Source: Candidatus Nomurabacteria bacterium RIFCSPLOWO2_01_FULL_41_18 (GTDB taxonomy: Bacteria; Patescibacteriota; Minisyncoccia; Phycocordibacterales; UBA9973). Taken from it: a stretch of DNA of 64,000 nt. The notes under the pieces were generated by a model. The model saw only the letters and a program-made list of their open reading frames with translations, had not been told where the DNA came from and searched no databases. This document shows positions 48,076-58,435 of the stretch, piece after piece. A program made the position numbers and the translations under genes. The stretch covers positions 45,674 through 109,673 of the forward strand of contig MFUZ01000006.1 of NCBI GenBank assembly GCA_001785865.1, written 5' to 3'. How positions within the stretch are numbered: the first letter of the stretch is position 1; each line of letters begins with the position of its first letter.

Positions 48076-48933
48076 TCAAATACAGTCCGGATTGATAGCT
48101 AAAACATAGTTGTTGATTAAATCAACAGAGGAAACATACTCATCTCCTAAAAATCCTTTTAAGTCTTCTTCTTTTATTAATTCTTTATATCTTTTTGTAA
48201 AATCTTTTGCGAGAGGCAGATATGACCAATGCCATTTTTCTTCATTGTAGCCTGTTGATCTGATATTTCCTCTCGAATTATATGTCTGACAGAATCCAAA
48301 TAGGGGAGCATTTTTGACAAGCCATGCATACACCTTTTTCCCCTCTGAAGATCTGAAATAAGTAAGGTTTGCGTTATTTATATCTATATCTGTACCCCAA
48401 TGGTGGCGAGATGTCCCAGGCACAGCACTATATTCCAGTATTTTCTTAAATCTTTCTAATTCATCAGGTATGCTTTTTAATAAATTTTTTCCATCAATAA
48501 TTGTAATGCCTGTCCACTGATTATCCCAAAGTTCTTTTTGATAATCAAAATTCCTAGTTGCTGAAGCTATTTTTAAATCTATTTTGTCAAAACTAGCGAC
48601 ACTTTGCATTTGTAAATATGCGGTGTATGTTTCTTTTCTTAAATACAACTGATATTGATCCATTTGATCTATCGTGTATTCAGGTGGTATCAGGATAAAA
48701 TCTTCTCTTTGTGAGGGATCAAATTTACCAGTTAAATAAATTTTGTCTTCAGCTTCTTTTATTTTTCTAAGAGCTTCTTCCCTTAAAAATTTTTGATAAT
48801 TTTCTTCATTTTCTCGTTCTTGTCTTATATCCAAGAAATCTGTTGTGAAATAAGGTGTAAATATGAGGAATATCAAAGAAAATACTATCAAAGATAATAG
48901 AAAGTTTAAAATATGTTTTTTTGCGCTATTCAC
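48076..48933 (-). CDS. M15B (VanY-like) D-Ala-D-Ala carboxypeptidase, membrane anchored
   Basis: SATRNFDYQ; SAVPGTSRHHWGTDID; EKWHWSY. Confidence 0.9.
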   Translation of the reverse strand: MNSAKKHILNFLLSLIVFSLIFLIFTPYFTTDFLDIRQERENEENYQKFLREEALRKIKEAEDKIYLTGKFDPSQREDFILIPPEYTIDQMDQYQLYLRKETYTAYLQMQSVASFDKIDLKIASATRNFDYQKELWDNQWTGITIIDGKNLLKSIPDELERFKKILEYSAVPGTSRHHWGTDIDINNANLTYFRSSEGKKVYAWLVKNAPLFGFCQTYNSRGNIRSTGYNEEKWHWSYLPLAKDFTKRYKELIKEEDLKGFLGDEYVSSVDLINNYVLAINPDCI

Positions 48934-49065
48934 TTGAAAACAATAGCATATTGGTGTGTTTTAATCAAAAAAATGCTATTATTGGCAACGAGTGAGGAAT
49001 AATAAGCTCGATTATTATTCCGAGGGAGTGAACCAATAACATTGTATAAGTTATATATTAGACAA

Positions 49066-50118
49066 ATGTATTTGAGCTTAATCAAAATTTTTTTGCCGAC
49101 TACTATTGCCTTTTTTTTAGGACTATTTCTCACTCCGATCGCTACCCATTTTTTCTATAAATACAAAATGTGGAAAAGGCATTCGAGGACCGAGACGACT
49201 ACTTCTGATTTTCAAAAAATTCATAATGAAAATGCGGAACTCCATACTCCGCGGGTCGGGGGAATGATCATCTGGATTTCCGTTCTTTCAACCACGCTAC
49301 TTTTTTTTCTAGTTTCCAGTTTATTTCCATCCGAGAACAGCTCCAAATTGAATTTTTTAAGCCGTAATCAGACCTTGATACCGGTTTTTACTCTGCTTTT
49401 CGGATCTCTTATCGGGCTTTGGGATGATCTCATCCAGATATATGGCACCGGTAAATTTGCTCGCGACGATAAGGCTTGGCGCAAGTGGAAAGTCCTTTTG
49501 GTCACCAGCATGGCTCTCATGATCGGCGCCTGGTTTTTTTATAAATTAGGTATGACCTCCGTCCAAATCCCATTTATTGGGGAAATGTATTTGGGCATTC
49601 TGATCATTCCATTTTTTGTGATCGTCGCGCTCGCGACTTTTTCCGGTGGGGTCATAGACGGTATCGACGGGCTCTCGGGGGGAGTGCTCGCGTCCATTTT
49701 TGCCGCATATTCTGCCATAGCATTTGCCAACAATCAGATAGACATCGCTGCTTTCTCCGGAGTGATCACTGGGGCAGTTTTGGCGTTTCTCTGGTTCAAC
49801 ATTCCTCCCGCCAGGTTTTATATGGGAGAGACCGGCATGATGGGTCTTCTCATAACCTTGGCTACGCTCGCATTTCTGACGGATTCAGTTTTCATTCTGC
49901 CGATTATCGCTATGCCGCTCGTCATCACATCGCTCTCTGTAATCCTACAGATAGCTTCAAAAAAAATGAGAGGGGGAAAAAGATTGTTCCGGCTAGCGCC
50001 GCTCCACCATCACTTTGAGGCCATGGGATGGTCGCGCTACAAAGTCACTATGCGTTTTTGGATTCTGTCGATTGTGTTTGCGATTATAGGCATAATTTTA
50101 GCAATTATTAGCCGATGA
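49066..50118 (+). CDS. mraY: Phospho-N-acetylmuramoyl-pentapeptide transferase
   Basis: TPRVGG; IGLWDD; DGIDGL; FLWFN.PPARFYMGETG; APLHHHFE..GW. Confidence 0.95.
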   Translation: MYLSLIKIFLPTTIAFFLGLFLTPIATHFFYKYKMWKRHSRTETTTSDFQKIHNENAELHTPRVGGMIIWISVLSTTLLFFLVSSLFPSENSSKLNFLSRNQTLIPVFTLLFGSLIGLWDDLIQIYGTGKFARDDKAWRKWKVLLVTSMALMIGAWFFYKLGMTSVQIPFIGEMYLGILIIPFFVIVALATFSGGVIDGIDGLSGGVLASIFAAYSAIAFANNQIDIAAFSGVITGAVLAFLWFNIPPARFYMGETGMMGLLITLATLAFLTDSVFILPIIAMPLVITSLSVILQIASKKMRGGKRLFRLAPLHHHFEAMGWSRYKVTMRFWILSIVFAIIGIILAIISR

Positions 50119-51248
50119 CCCTTCATGAAATGAAAGGTAAAAAGATAGACAGATTTTTTTTGATAATTGTCGGACTATTGCTTGCTATTGGAGTTGCCAT
50201 ATTTATCTCTGCTTCCTTGGGGGATTATGCGAAAAATAAGGACCTTTTTCGTTCTATTCTCTATAGCCAGTTGGTTCTTGGTCTCGGCATCGGACTAATA
50301 GGGATGTTTATTTGCTCCAAGATCAATTATAAGTTTTGGAGAAAATTTTCTCTGTTCTTCTTTATTATCTCAATCCTTCTCACCATTGCTGTCTTCATAC
50401 CCGGACTCGGCACAAACCAGAACACTGGGGCGACCAGATGGATCTCTGTCTTCGGATTTTCTTTCCAACCGGTAGAATTTCTAAAATTTGGTTTCATTAT
50501 TTATTTTGCTTCCTGGCTGTCTTGGGCAAAAAACAAAACCAATGATTTTAAATATAAGATCTTGCCTCTTGGCATAATTCTTTTATTTATCGCAATAATT
50601 CTGCGTTTCCAACCCGATCATAAAAGCATCATTTTGATCTCTATGACCGGAATTTTCATGCTTTATATCTCCGGTGCTTCCCTAAAATATCTCCTCGGGA
50701 CCGGGGCGATCCTGGTCATCGCCCTGGGCTCTCTAGTTTTTTTCACGCCTTATCTCCAGGAGCGGGTGAAGACGTTTGTCGATCCATCTTTGGACCCGAG
50801 GGGATCTTCTTATCAAATCCAGCAGTCTCTCATCGCGATCGGTTCTGGAGGGATCTTCGGACGTGGCTATGGCCAAAGTATTCAAAAATTCAACTATCTT
50901 CCCGAGTCGCAAGGAGATTTTATTTTTGCTGTACTAAGCGAGGAGCTCGGTTTTATCGGAGCGTTTGGCACCATATTTCTTTATCTACTTTTTACTCTCC
51001 GCGGATTTCGCATTGCCAACAATTCTCCAGATGCCTTCGGTAGACTTTTGGTCTCCGGAATTGTTATACTAATTGCGGTGCAATCCTTCATGCACATAGC
51101 CTCCGTCACCGGAGTTTTTCCGCTGACGGGAGTGCCGTTGGTGTTTATGAGCCAAGGTGGTACTGCGCTCATGATATATCTTGCGGCAACAGGTATAATA
51201 TTAAACGTATCGAAGTTTGCCACTCGAAGCGGGAGAGGAGAGGCCTAA
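50115..51248 (+). CDS. ftsW: SEDS protein FtsW/RodA
   Basis: GATRWI; FQPVEFLK; YQ..QSL.AIGSGG; LPE..DFIFAV..EE.G; PLTGVPL.F.S.GG. Confidence 0.9.
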   Translation: MTLHEMKGKKIDRFFLIIVGLLLAIGVAIFISASLGDYAKNKDLFRSILYSQLVLGLGIGLIGMFICSKINYKFWRKFSLFFFIISILLTIAVFIPGLGTNQNTGATRWISVFGFSFQPVEFLKFGFIIYFASWLSWAKNKTNDFKYKILPLGIILLFIAIILRFQPDHKSIILISMTGIFMLYISGASLKYLLGTGAILVIALGSLVFFTPYLQERVKTFVDPSLDPRGSSYQIQQSLIAIGSGGIFGRGYGQSIQKFNYLPESQGDFIFAVLSEELGFIGAFGTIFLYLLFTLRGFRIANNSPDAFGRLLVSGIVILIAVQSFMHIASVTGVFPLTGVPLVFMSQGGTALMIYLAATGIILNVSKFATRSGRGEA

Positions 51249-51271
51249 AAAGTTAATTTATATAAGATCAT

Positions 51272-52417
51272 ATGAAAATAGTTTTTACAGGTGGCGGAAC
51301 AGGGGGACATTTTTATCCCATTATTGCTGTCGCTCAAAAAGTAAATCAGATAGTGGATAATGAAAACATAACGAGCGTCAAGCTCTATTATGTTTCGGAC
51401 AGCCCTTATGACAAGGAAATGCTTTTTGAAAATAGACTCATCTACGAAGAAATAAGTGCCGGCAAGATGCGGACTCGTACCTCATTCAAAGGTCGTTTCT
51501 TGAATTTTTTGGACATTTTTAAAATTTTTTTTGGCACAGTAAACGCTATTTACAAGATGTTCTCGATATTCCCCGATGTTGTTTTTGGCAAAGGTGGCTA
51601 TGCTTCATTCCCGGCGATCTTTGCTGCCAGACTTTTGCGTATCCCCGTCGTCATCCACGAATCCGATTCAGCTCCCGGTAGAGTGAACAAATGGGCAGGA
51701 CATTTCGCTAAAAAGATCGCAGTCTCATTTATCGAAGCGGCGGAATTTTTCCCAAAAAAAGGCATTGCCTGGACAGGGCAACCGACTAGGACCGAGATTG
51801 AAAATCCGGCTTCGAGAAATGAGGCTCTAGAGTACTTCAAGCTGGAGTCTAGCTTACCCGTCATCCTAGTCTTGGGTGGCTCTCAAGGTGCGGAACTTAT
51901 CAATAATACTGTCTTGGATGCATTGCCGAGACTCCTCCTAAATTATCAGGTTATTCACCAGACCGGAGTGAGAAATTATAAAATGGTCGTGGATCGGGCG
52001 GAAGTCGTGCTTTCGAGGAATCCAAACAAACTTCGATATGTATCTACTGCTTTCTTAAATCCGCTGTCTATGAAAATGGCTGCCGGAGCGGCGACTATTG
52101 TCATATCCCGCGCTGGATCGATGCTCTTTGAAATAGCATCTTGGGGTGTGCCGTCTATTCTAATACCGATAACCAATACGAATATGGACCACCAGAAAAG
52201 AAATGCTTTCAATTACGCCCGTGCTGGAGCGTGCAGTGTCGTAGAAGAAATGAATATGACTGCAAATATCCTAAGTTCGGAGATAGAAAGAATAATAGAA
52301 GACAAAGAGGGATATAAAATGATGAGAGAGAATGCCAAGGCTTTCCATAAGCCGGATGCCGCCATGAAAATAGCTAGAGAATTGGTGGATATTGCTTTGA
52401 GTCACGAGTCCCGTTAG
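51272..52417 (+). CDS. murG: Lipid II GlcNAc transferase MurG
   Basis: GGGTGGHFYP; GGYAS.P; GGSQGA; SRAG; HQ..NA. Confidence 0.96.
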   Translation: MKIVFTGGGTGGHFYPIIAVAQKVNQIVDNENITSVKLYYVSDSPYDKEMLFENRLIYEEISAGKMRTRTSFKGRFLNFLDIFKIFFGTVNAIYKMFSIFPDVVFGKGGYASFPAIFAARLLRIPVVIHESDSAPGRVNKWAGHFAKKIAVSFIEAAEFFPKKGIAWTGQPTRTEIENPASRNEALEYFKLESSLPVILVLGGSQGAELINNTVLDALPRLLLNYQVIHQTGVRNYKMVVDRAEVVLSRNPNKLRYVSTAFLNPLSMKMAAGAATIVISRAGSMLFEIASWGVPSILIPITNTNMDHQKRNAFNYARAGACSVVEEMNMTANILSSEIERIIEDKEGYKMMRENAKAFHKPDAAMKIARELVDIALSHESR

Positions 52418-52468
52418 AAATAAATTTTAATGTTGCGTAAAAGATTGTCTTTGATATAATAGAAGCAT

Positions 52469-52810
52469 ATGAAGAAAAAAATCGAAACTAAAAAAATGAC
52501 AATTGATAAGTTGGCTATTATGATGAATAATGGTTTTGAAAGTATTGAATCAAGAATGGCAACAAAAGATGACATTAAAGGTCTCAAAAATGAAATTGAA
52601 GGTGTAAAGAAAAATGTGAATGATATTAGGAAAGATGTTTCTAGTAATACCAAGGTTTCAAATTTAATGCTGAAAGAAATTTCAGCTATTCATGAGGACA
52701 ACAAACGTTTCAGAGAAACTGTCGCAAGTTTAAATATGGATGGGGTATCTTACAATAGAAGGATAGAAAATCTAACTATTCGTGTAGAAAAATTAGAAAT
52801 AAAGAAATAG
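52469..52810 (+). CDS. Hypothetical coiled-coil protein
   Basis: MTIDKLAIMMNNGF...MATKDDI followed by heptad repeats. Confidence 0.7.
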   Translation: MKKKIETKKMTIDKLAIMMNNGFESIESRMATKDDIKGLKNEIEGVKKNVNDIRKDVSSNTKVSNLMLKEISAIHEDNKRFRETVASLNMDGVSYNRRIENLTIRVEKLEIKK

Positions 52811-52819
52811 TTAAACAAT

Positions 52820-55059
52820 ATGCAATATGTTCAAAATTTTAAGCACGAATCGAGAGAGAGAGAGAGAGAGAGAGAGTAAAAGCTCCCTCTAAAAATAGAT
52901 TTTCAAATTCACAAAAACTTTTACACACCTTCATCTTTGGAATAATTTTAATTACTCCTTTCTTTTTTGCTTCACAGGCATTTGCAGCAACCCTAGATCC
53001 TGATTTTCCAATAACCACTTGCGGAGAGATTGAAGCTCTCGGCACCTACACTCTCGGAGAAAACATCGGAGATGGAGAAGGAACTGAGGGCCCTCTTGAT
53101 CCTCTCGGACCGACGGACACTTGCATTACCGTAAACTATGCCGATGGTGATGTTGATATAGACAACAATGGATTCACAATAACAGGATTGGTGAGTTTTG
53201 AGCTTGGGACTACTATCGCTGATACCTTTACTGGTGATGCGGTTTTTAATGGAAATAGTGTTTTTCTTGGCGAAGGTGATAGCGTTATTACCGGTAATGT
53301 CACCTTTAACGATGATTCGAGAGCCGGCAATGATCCTTCCAATCCCCCCGAAGTAGTTGGAAATGTTATTTTTGATACGGAGAGTCTTTTCTCCACAAAT
53401 ATCATAGTAAGTGGCACAGCTACATACATGAATGTAACGGGTACAACGACTATGACCATACCGGATTTACCAGGACCTTTGTATTTTGGAGTAATTGCCA
53501 CTGGTGCCAAAAATGCAGAGGACGAAGATATCATCAATTGGGTCTTTAACGGCACGGGTGAAAACAGTACAAACAACCAAGGAGCGGTATTGGGTGACGC
53601 AGAATTCAACGGGGTCAGTTTCAATTCTGATTATGCCCCGGGTATGATAATTGAAGGCAATGCTACCTTCAACGACCAAAGCTACAACAATGGTGAAGTC
53701 ACCGGCCAAGCCAAATTCACCTACACAGACGGGTCGGGAACTATTACTATTGGCTTTAATATGCAGTGGGGAGCGGGTACAGCAGGAACAATAGTGGGGG
53801 CAAGTGACGAGCCAATTACTGACTGGGTATTTGTCGACTCTAGTAATTATGGGGAGATTACGGCAGACACTGTTTCTTTTTCTGGAACAGAGGGTTTGGG
53901 AGGTTCCAATCAAGGGCCAATTACTGCTAACTTGGTTACATTTAATAGTCTTACTAGTAATACTAATAATATTACAGGTGACGTTGTATTTAATGGTGAC
54001 AGTAATAACGAAGACGGAACAACCATTACCGGAGATGCCACTTTCACCGGCGACCTCTCCGAAAATAACGGAACCGTCTCCGGCACCCTCACCCGCCGCT
54101 ACACCTCAGCCACCAGCCCCACTCGCGACTTCACCGCTACACCTTGGACCGTCCTAGTTGACGGAGCCGAAGTAGATGTTAGTGGTGCCACATATGATGA
54201 AACTACAATTTTCTCATCAGAGAACAGCGGCTGTTTTATTGGAGGTCCGACACCAGCGTGTGTCATCCCCACCGTCACCACTCCCACATCTACATCAGTC
54301 ACTGAAACCACCGTCACCTTGGGAGGAAATGTCACCTCTCTCGGCCTTCCTACCTCCATCTCCGCTCGTGGTACATGCCTTGACACCACTTCATCACCAG
54401 TGACAAATTGTGTTGCCGAAGGAGGCACTACCACAGGAGTCTTCACCCAAGCTCGTACCGGGCTCACTGCCGGAACTTTGTATTACTATCGCGCCTATGC
54501 CACGAACGATACTGGTACCGCCTATTCGGCGGATGGTACGTTTACGACGAGTGAAGCTACATCTTCCTCTGGTAGTGGTGGTAGTAGCAGAAGAAACACA
54601 ATAGCTCCGCCTCCACCAAACATCATACCTCCAGCCTGCCAAGCGGGGGATATCTTTAGCGCTGTAACTGGCTTGTCTTGCGTTTCAACTCCTCCCGCCG
54701 TCTGTCCAATTGGGGATCTCTTCAGCGCTGTGACTGGACTGCCTTGCACCACGCATATTGTTCTGCCTTTCAGTCCAGCTGTTCCTGAGAACATTCCAGG
54801 AAGTCCACCTCTGCAGACAGGAAACGAGAACACTCCTTCCTACAATTTCGGTCTGGCCACTCTTAAGAATGGAGGTAGTGGCATAGCAGTTACAGATCTT
54901 CAAAGATTCTTGAATGCCAAACTGAACCTCAGTTTAATTCTTGATGGAAATTTCGGCCCAAAAACCAAAGCTGCCGTTATTTTGTTCCAGATCGAGAACG
55001 GACTCGTTCCGGACGGCATCGTGGGACCCTTGACGAAGGAGAAAATGAATGGGATCTAA
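52820..55059 (+). CDS. Secreted surface protein (beta-helix-like repeats, FN3-like domain, C-terminal peptidoglycan-binding domain), frameshifted at the GA tract
   Basis: The frame of 53188..55059 is open back to 52843 and encodes a signal peptide (LLHTFIFGIILITPFFFASQAFA). The upstream ATGs at 52820 and 52827 are out of frame. C-terminus V..LQ..LN....L..DG.FGP.T..AV..FQ...GL..DGIVGP.T. Confidence 0.8.
52852..52876 (+). repeat. (GA)12G microsatellite in the 5' end of a surface protein gene
   Basis: 25 nt of uninterrupted GA repeat between the start codons and the signal peptide. Confidence 0.95.
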
Positions 55060-55066
55060 CTCGACA

Positions 55067-55087
55067 TACGGAGGCAACGCCTCCGTA
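55067..55087 (+). terminator. Hairpin after the surface protein gene
   Basis: tacggaggc-aac-gcctccgta; no U-tract. Confidence 0.5.
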
Positions 55088-55132
55088 AGGAGAATAATAC
55101 AAGGGGGTTGAGTTTTGTGTTATTATGTAAGC

Positions 55133-56416
55133 ATGTCCGACATAAAAGTTGTAACTAGATTTGCGCCGTCGCCGACGGGATTTATGCATGTGGGAGGGGT
55201 GCGAACCGCCCTTTATGCCTGGCTTTTGGCTCGTAAAAACCAGGGTACTTTTATATTACGTATTGAAGACACTGATAAAGAAAGGGAGGTGGAAGGTTCA
55301 ATTGAGCATATTAAAGAATCACTAAAATGGCTCGGCTTGAATTGGGATGATTTTTGTATTCAATCAGAACGCTTGGATATTTATAAAAAATACGCGGACA
55401 GACTTTTGGAAAAAGGTTTCGCATATTCGGACGGAGGAGCTTTAAGATTCAAAATTATCGAAAAGAAACGCACGCAGTGGCATGATCTGGTGTGGGGAGA
55501 CCTTTCGGCGGGTGAAGAAGCTTTGGAGGATTTTATTCTGATCAAGAGCGACGGCTATCCGACATACAATTTTGCGCATATTGTCGATGATATCGAAATG
55601 GGGGTGACCCATGTGGTGCGGGGCCAGGAATTTATTTCTTCAACTCCGAAATTTTTATCGGTATACGAAGCGCTAGGCATCACTCCGCCTTTTTTTGTTA
55701 CGACTCCTCCAATACTTGGAGAAAAAGGAACAAAAAAATTAAGTAAAAGAGATGGTGCGAAAGATATTTTGGATTACAAAAAAGAAGGATATTTGCCTGA
55801 AACGATGATAAATTATTTGGCATTTCTTGGTTTCAACCCGGGAGGGGAAAGGGAAGTGTATACACCAGAAGAATTAATAAAAGTTTTTGACTTAAGCAAA
55901 ATCCAGCGTTCGGGTGCCAAGTGGAGCGATGATAAATTGAACTGGATGAATAAAGAGCATATGAAATTGCTTCCGCTAAAAGAAATTGAAAAAAATATTT
56001 TCGAATTTTTGAGCGAGGACATGAGAAATCCGAAATTAGTCCCAATAATCTTTGAAAGAATTTCAAAATGGGGAGAAGTGAAAGACATGGTAGAAAGGGG
56101 AGAGCTAGATTTCTTTTTCAATCTACCTTCTGTGCCTAAAGAAAAATTAGTGTACAAGAACTCTACTCCAGAAAAAACTACCAGCAATTTAAAATTGGCA
56201 GTCCAAGCCCTCCAAAATATCGATGAGGATAACTTTACCGCGGAAAATGTCAAAAGCGCTCTGATGCTGATCGCAGAAACGCTTCCGAAAAGGGGAGAGC
56301 TGCTCCATCCAGTACGCTATGCCTTATCCGGACTCGACAATTCACCCGATCCGTTTATTATCGCCTATATTTTAGGAAAAAATGAAACATTATCTAGATT
56401 ACAAAAGGCTTTTTAG
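55133..56416 (+). CDS. gltX: Glutamate--tRNA ligase
   Basis: RFAPSPTGFMHVGG; RIEDTD; DG.PTYNFA..VDD; KLSKR. Confidence 0.97.
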   Translation: MSDIKVVTRFAPSPTGFMHVGGVRTALYAWLLARKNQGTFILRIEDTDKEREVEGSIEHIKESLKWLGLNWDDFCIQSERLDIYKKYADRLLEKGFAYSDGGALRFKIIEKKRTQWHDLVWGDLSAGEEALEDFILIKSDGYPTYNFAHIVDDIEMGVTHVVRGQEFISSTPKFLSVYEALGITPPFFVTTPPILGEKGTKKLSKRDGAKDILDYKKEGYLPETMINYLAFLGFNPGGEREVYTPEELIKVFDLSKIQRSGAKWSDDKLNWMNKEHMKLLPLKEIEKNIFEFLSEDMRNPKLVPIIFERISKWGEVKDMVERGELDFFFNLPSVPKEKLVYKNSTPEKTTSNLKLAVQALQNIDEDNFTAENVKSALMLIAETLPKRGELLHPVRYALSGLDNSPDPFIIAYILGKNETLSRLQKAF

Positions 56417-57686
56417 CTCTGTATTTTTTGCAGGACTATTGTTGATTTTAGGCTTGATTCCTTTTGTTTTTTTACATGCAGAAACAGCCGGGGAAATAAG
56501 GAATAAGATCGAACAAAAAAGCGCAGATATAGAAAAATTAGAGGCAGAAATACGGGCTTATCAGCTCGAACTAGAAGGATTAGGAAAACAGAAAGATTCC
56601 TTAAGTGTCTCACTAAAACAGCTTGATATCACCAAAAAGAAATTGAACGCGGATATTTCTGTAACACAAAATAAAATAGACAAGACAAGCCTACAGATAC
56701 AAAATCTAACTAGCGACATCGGAGATAAAGAAAGCTCCATCATAGTCAATACGGATTCGATCGAGCTCGACATGCGGAAAATAAATGAGTTAGAGAGCGA
56801 GAGCTTTGTCGAGAAGATTCTTTCCAACGAAGATTTTACCATTATTTGGAACGATATCGAAAATATGGTCACGGTGCGTGAAAGTATCAGAGATAATATC
56901 AAAATGCTCCGGAACACAAAAGTAGTTTTAGAAGATACCCGCGGACAAACCATCGAGGCCAAGAACGAACTTACCAGACTGAAGGCCCAACTGGTAGACC
57001 AGCAAAAAATTGTCATCCAGAACACTAATGAGAAAAATAAGCTTTTAGCTCAGACAAAGAACAGCGAAGCAAATTATCAGAAGCTGGTCCAGGAACAGTT
57101 GGCAAAGAAATTAGCTTTTGAGAAAGAATTGCGTGATTTTGAATCGGAGCTTCAATTTATTCTCGATCCGTCTAAGCTTCCTAATGCAGGAGTCCTCTCT
57201 TGGCCACTTGCTAGAGTCTTTGTCACCCAGGAATTCGGAGCAAAAACCGGGCCTCATAGGACCTATGCTAGCGGTCACAGCGGCACTGATTTCAGGGCGC
57301 GGACTCCACTACCTGTCTTTGCCATGGCAGATGGCGTAGTCAAAGGGATAGGGGATACGGATGGCATCTGTCCAGGGGTTTCTTTCGGGAAATGGGTTTT
57401 TATTGAATACAACAACGGGCTTTCTAGCACTTTTGGACACTTATCTCTCATAAAAGTGTCAGAAGGTAAAAAAGTGCGGCGTGGAGAGGTTGTAGCCTAT
57501 ACCGGAGGCACTGGAAGGGTCACTGGACCTCATTTACACGTCTCCTTGTATGTGTCAAGCGGAGTGAATGTATCTACTGTGCCTAGTATATCTTGCCTTG
57601 GAAAGATCCTAAAACAGCCTATAGCAGCTACAAACGCTTATCTTGACCCGATGTATTATTTGCCTTTTTATGTACCGCAACCTTAA
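56382..57686 (+). CDS. Coiled-coil M23 family murein peptidase
   Basis: Signal peptide, long coiled coil, and intact Zn motifs HSGTD and GPHLH. Confidence 0.9.
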   Translation: MKHYLDYKRLFSSVFFAGLLLILGLIPFVFLHAETAGEIRNKIEQKSADIEKLEAEIRAYQLELEGLGKQKDSLSVSLKQLDITKKKLNADISVTQNKIDKTSLQIQNLTSDIGDKESSIIVNTDSIELDMRKINELESESFVEKILSNEDFTIIWNDIENMVTVRESIRDNIKMLRNTKVVLEDTRGQTIEAKNELTRLKAQLVDQQKIVIQNTNEKNKLLAQTKNSEANYQKLVQEQLAKKLAFEKELRDFESELQFILDPSKLPNAGVLSWPLARVFVTQEFGAKTGPHRTYASGHSGTDFRARTPLPVFAMADGVVKGIGDTDGICPGVSFGKWVFIEYNNGLSSTFGHLSLIKVSEGKKVRRGEVVAYTGGTGRVTGPHLHVSLYVSSGVNVSTVPSISCLGKILKQPIAATNAYLDPMYYLPFYVPQP

Positions 57687-57707
57687 AATGTGTGATAAAA
57701 TATATCT

Positions 57708-57947
57708 ATGCAAAATAATAATATAAAAATACCAGGGAGAGGCTGGTCCGCCTACGGCGGAAAAAATAAGAACGGCGGTTTTTTACAGCTTATAATAATT
57801 ATTATAGTTGTCCTCTTTCTGATGCGTTATTTCGGCGTTACCTTTTCCGGAATTTTATCTTTCTTCAATCTTACTTGGGTAGAGATAATAAATTGGCTCA
57901 AAGACGCCTGGGAATGGTTCCTGGATCTATTTAATAGTGTGAAGTAG
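57708..57947 (+). CDS. Small membrane hypothetical protein
   Basis: GGF followed by hydrophobic LQLIIIIIVVLFL (prepilin-like G/F junction without E5); TAAAAT lies 6 nt before the ATG. Confidence 0.6.
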   Translation: MQNNNIKIPGRGWSAYGGKNKNGGFLQLIIIIIVVLFLMRYFGVTFSGILSFFNLTWVEIINWLKDAWEWFLDLFNSVK

Positions 57948-58096
57948 GTAAACTGTATAAAGTACGACATTTTATGCTCGTACAACCCGCGCTTGTTTGA
58001 GATGCTTTATAGTGTCTCAAACATATATTGTGCGACATGCATCTTATATTCATTTCGGTACCTTCCCTAGCGTTACCATCTGTAAAAAGATTCTCT

Positions 58097-58429
58097 CTAG
58101 AAAATCAAATGCAAGAAAAAATTTACTCCGAGCACGAAGTATAAGACCTTTGAAAAGAATTTGAGCTGCCAACTATCGGATCCTATTTCCGGCTTCCAGT
58201 CACTTGCCATCGAATACAGATCCATCAAGAGTACTGTCGGTGCTATGAATACCGCCAGAAAAAGGGTTAAAAAGCTCATCGGATCCCCTTCGTCTGTCAA
58301 ACCATGAGTGAATCTCCAGACTTCTTGTCCCAAAAAGTAACATGTGAGAAATATCGGGATGATTACATTTATTGTGAGATATTTAATATGATTTTTTTCT
58401 TGCTCAAGCATAAATTTGATTTTTATCAA
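58097..58429 (-). CDS. Hypothetical membrane protein
   Basis: 110-aa ORF with about three hydrophobic segments. Confidence 0.5.
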   Translation of the reverse strand: MIKIKFMLEQEKNHIKYLTINVIIPIFLTCYFLGQEVWRFTHGLTDEGDPMSFLTLFLAVFIAPTVLLMDLYSMASDWKPEIGSDSWQLKFFSKVLYFVLGVNFFLHLIF

Positions 58430-58435
58430 TCATGT

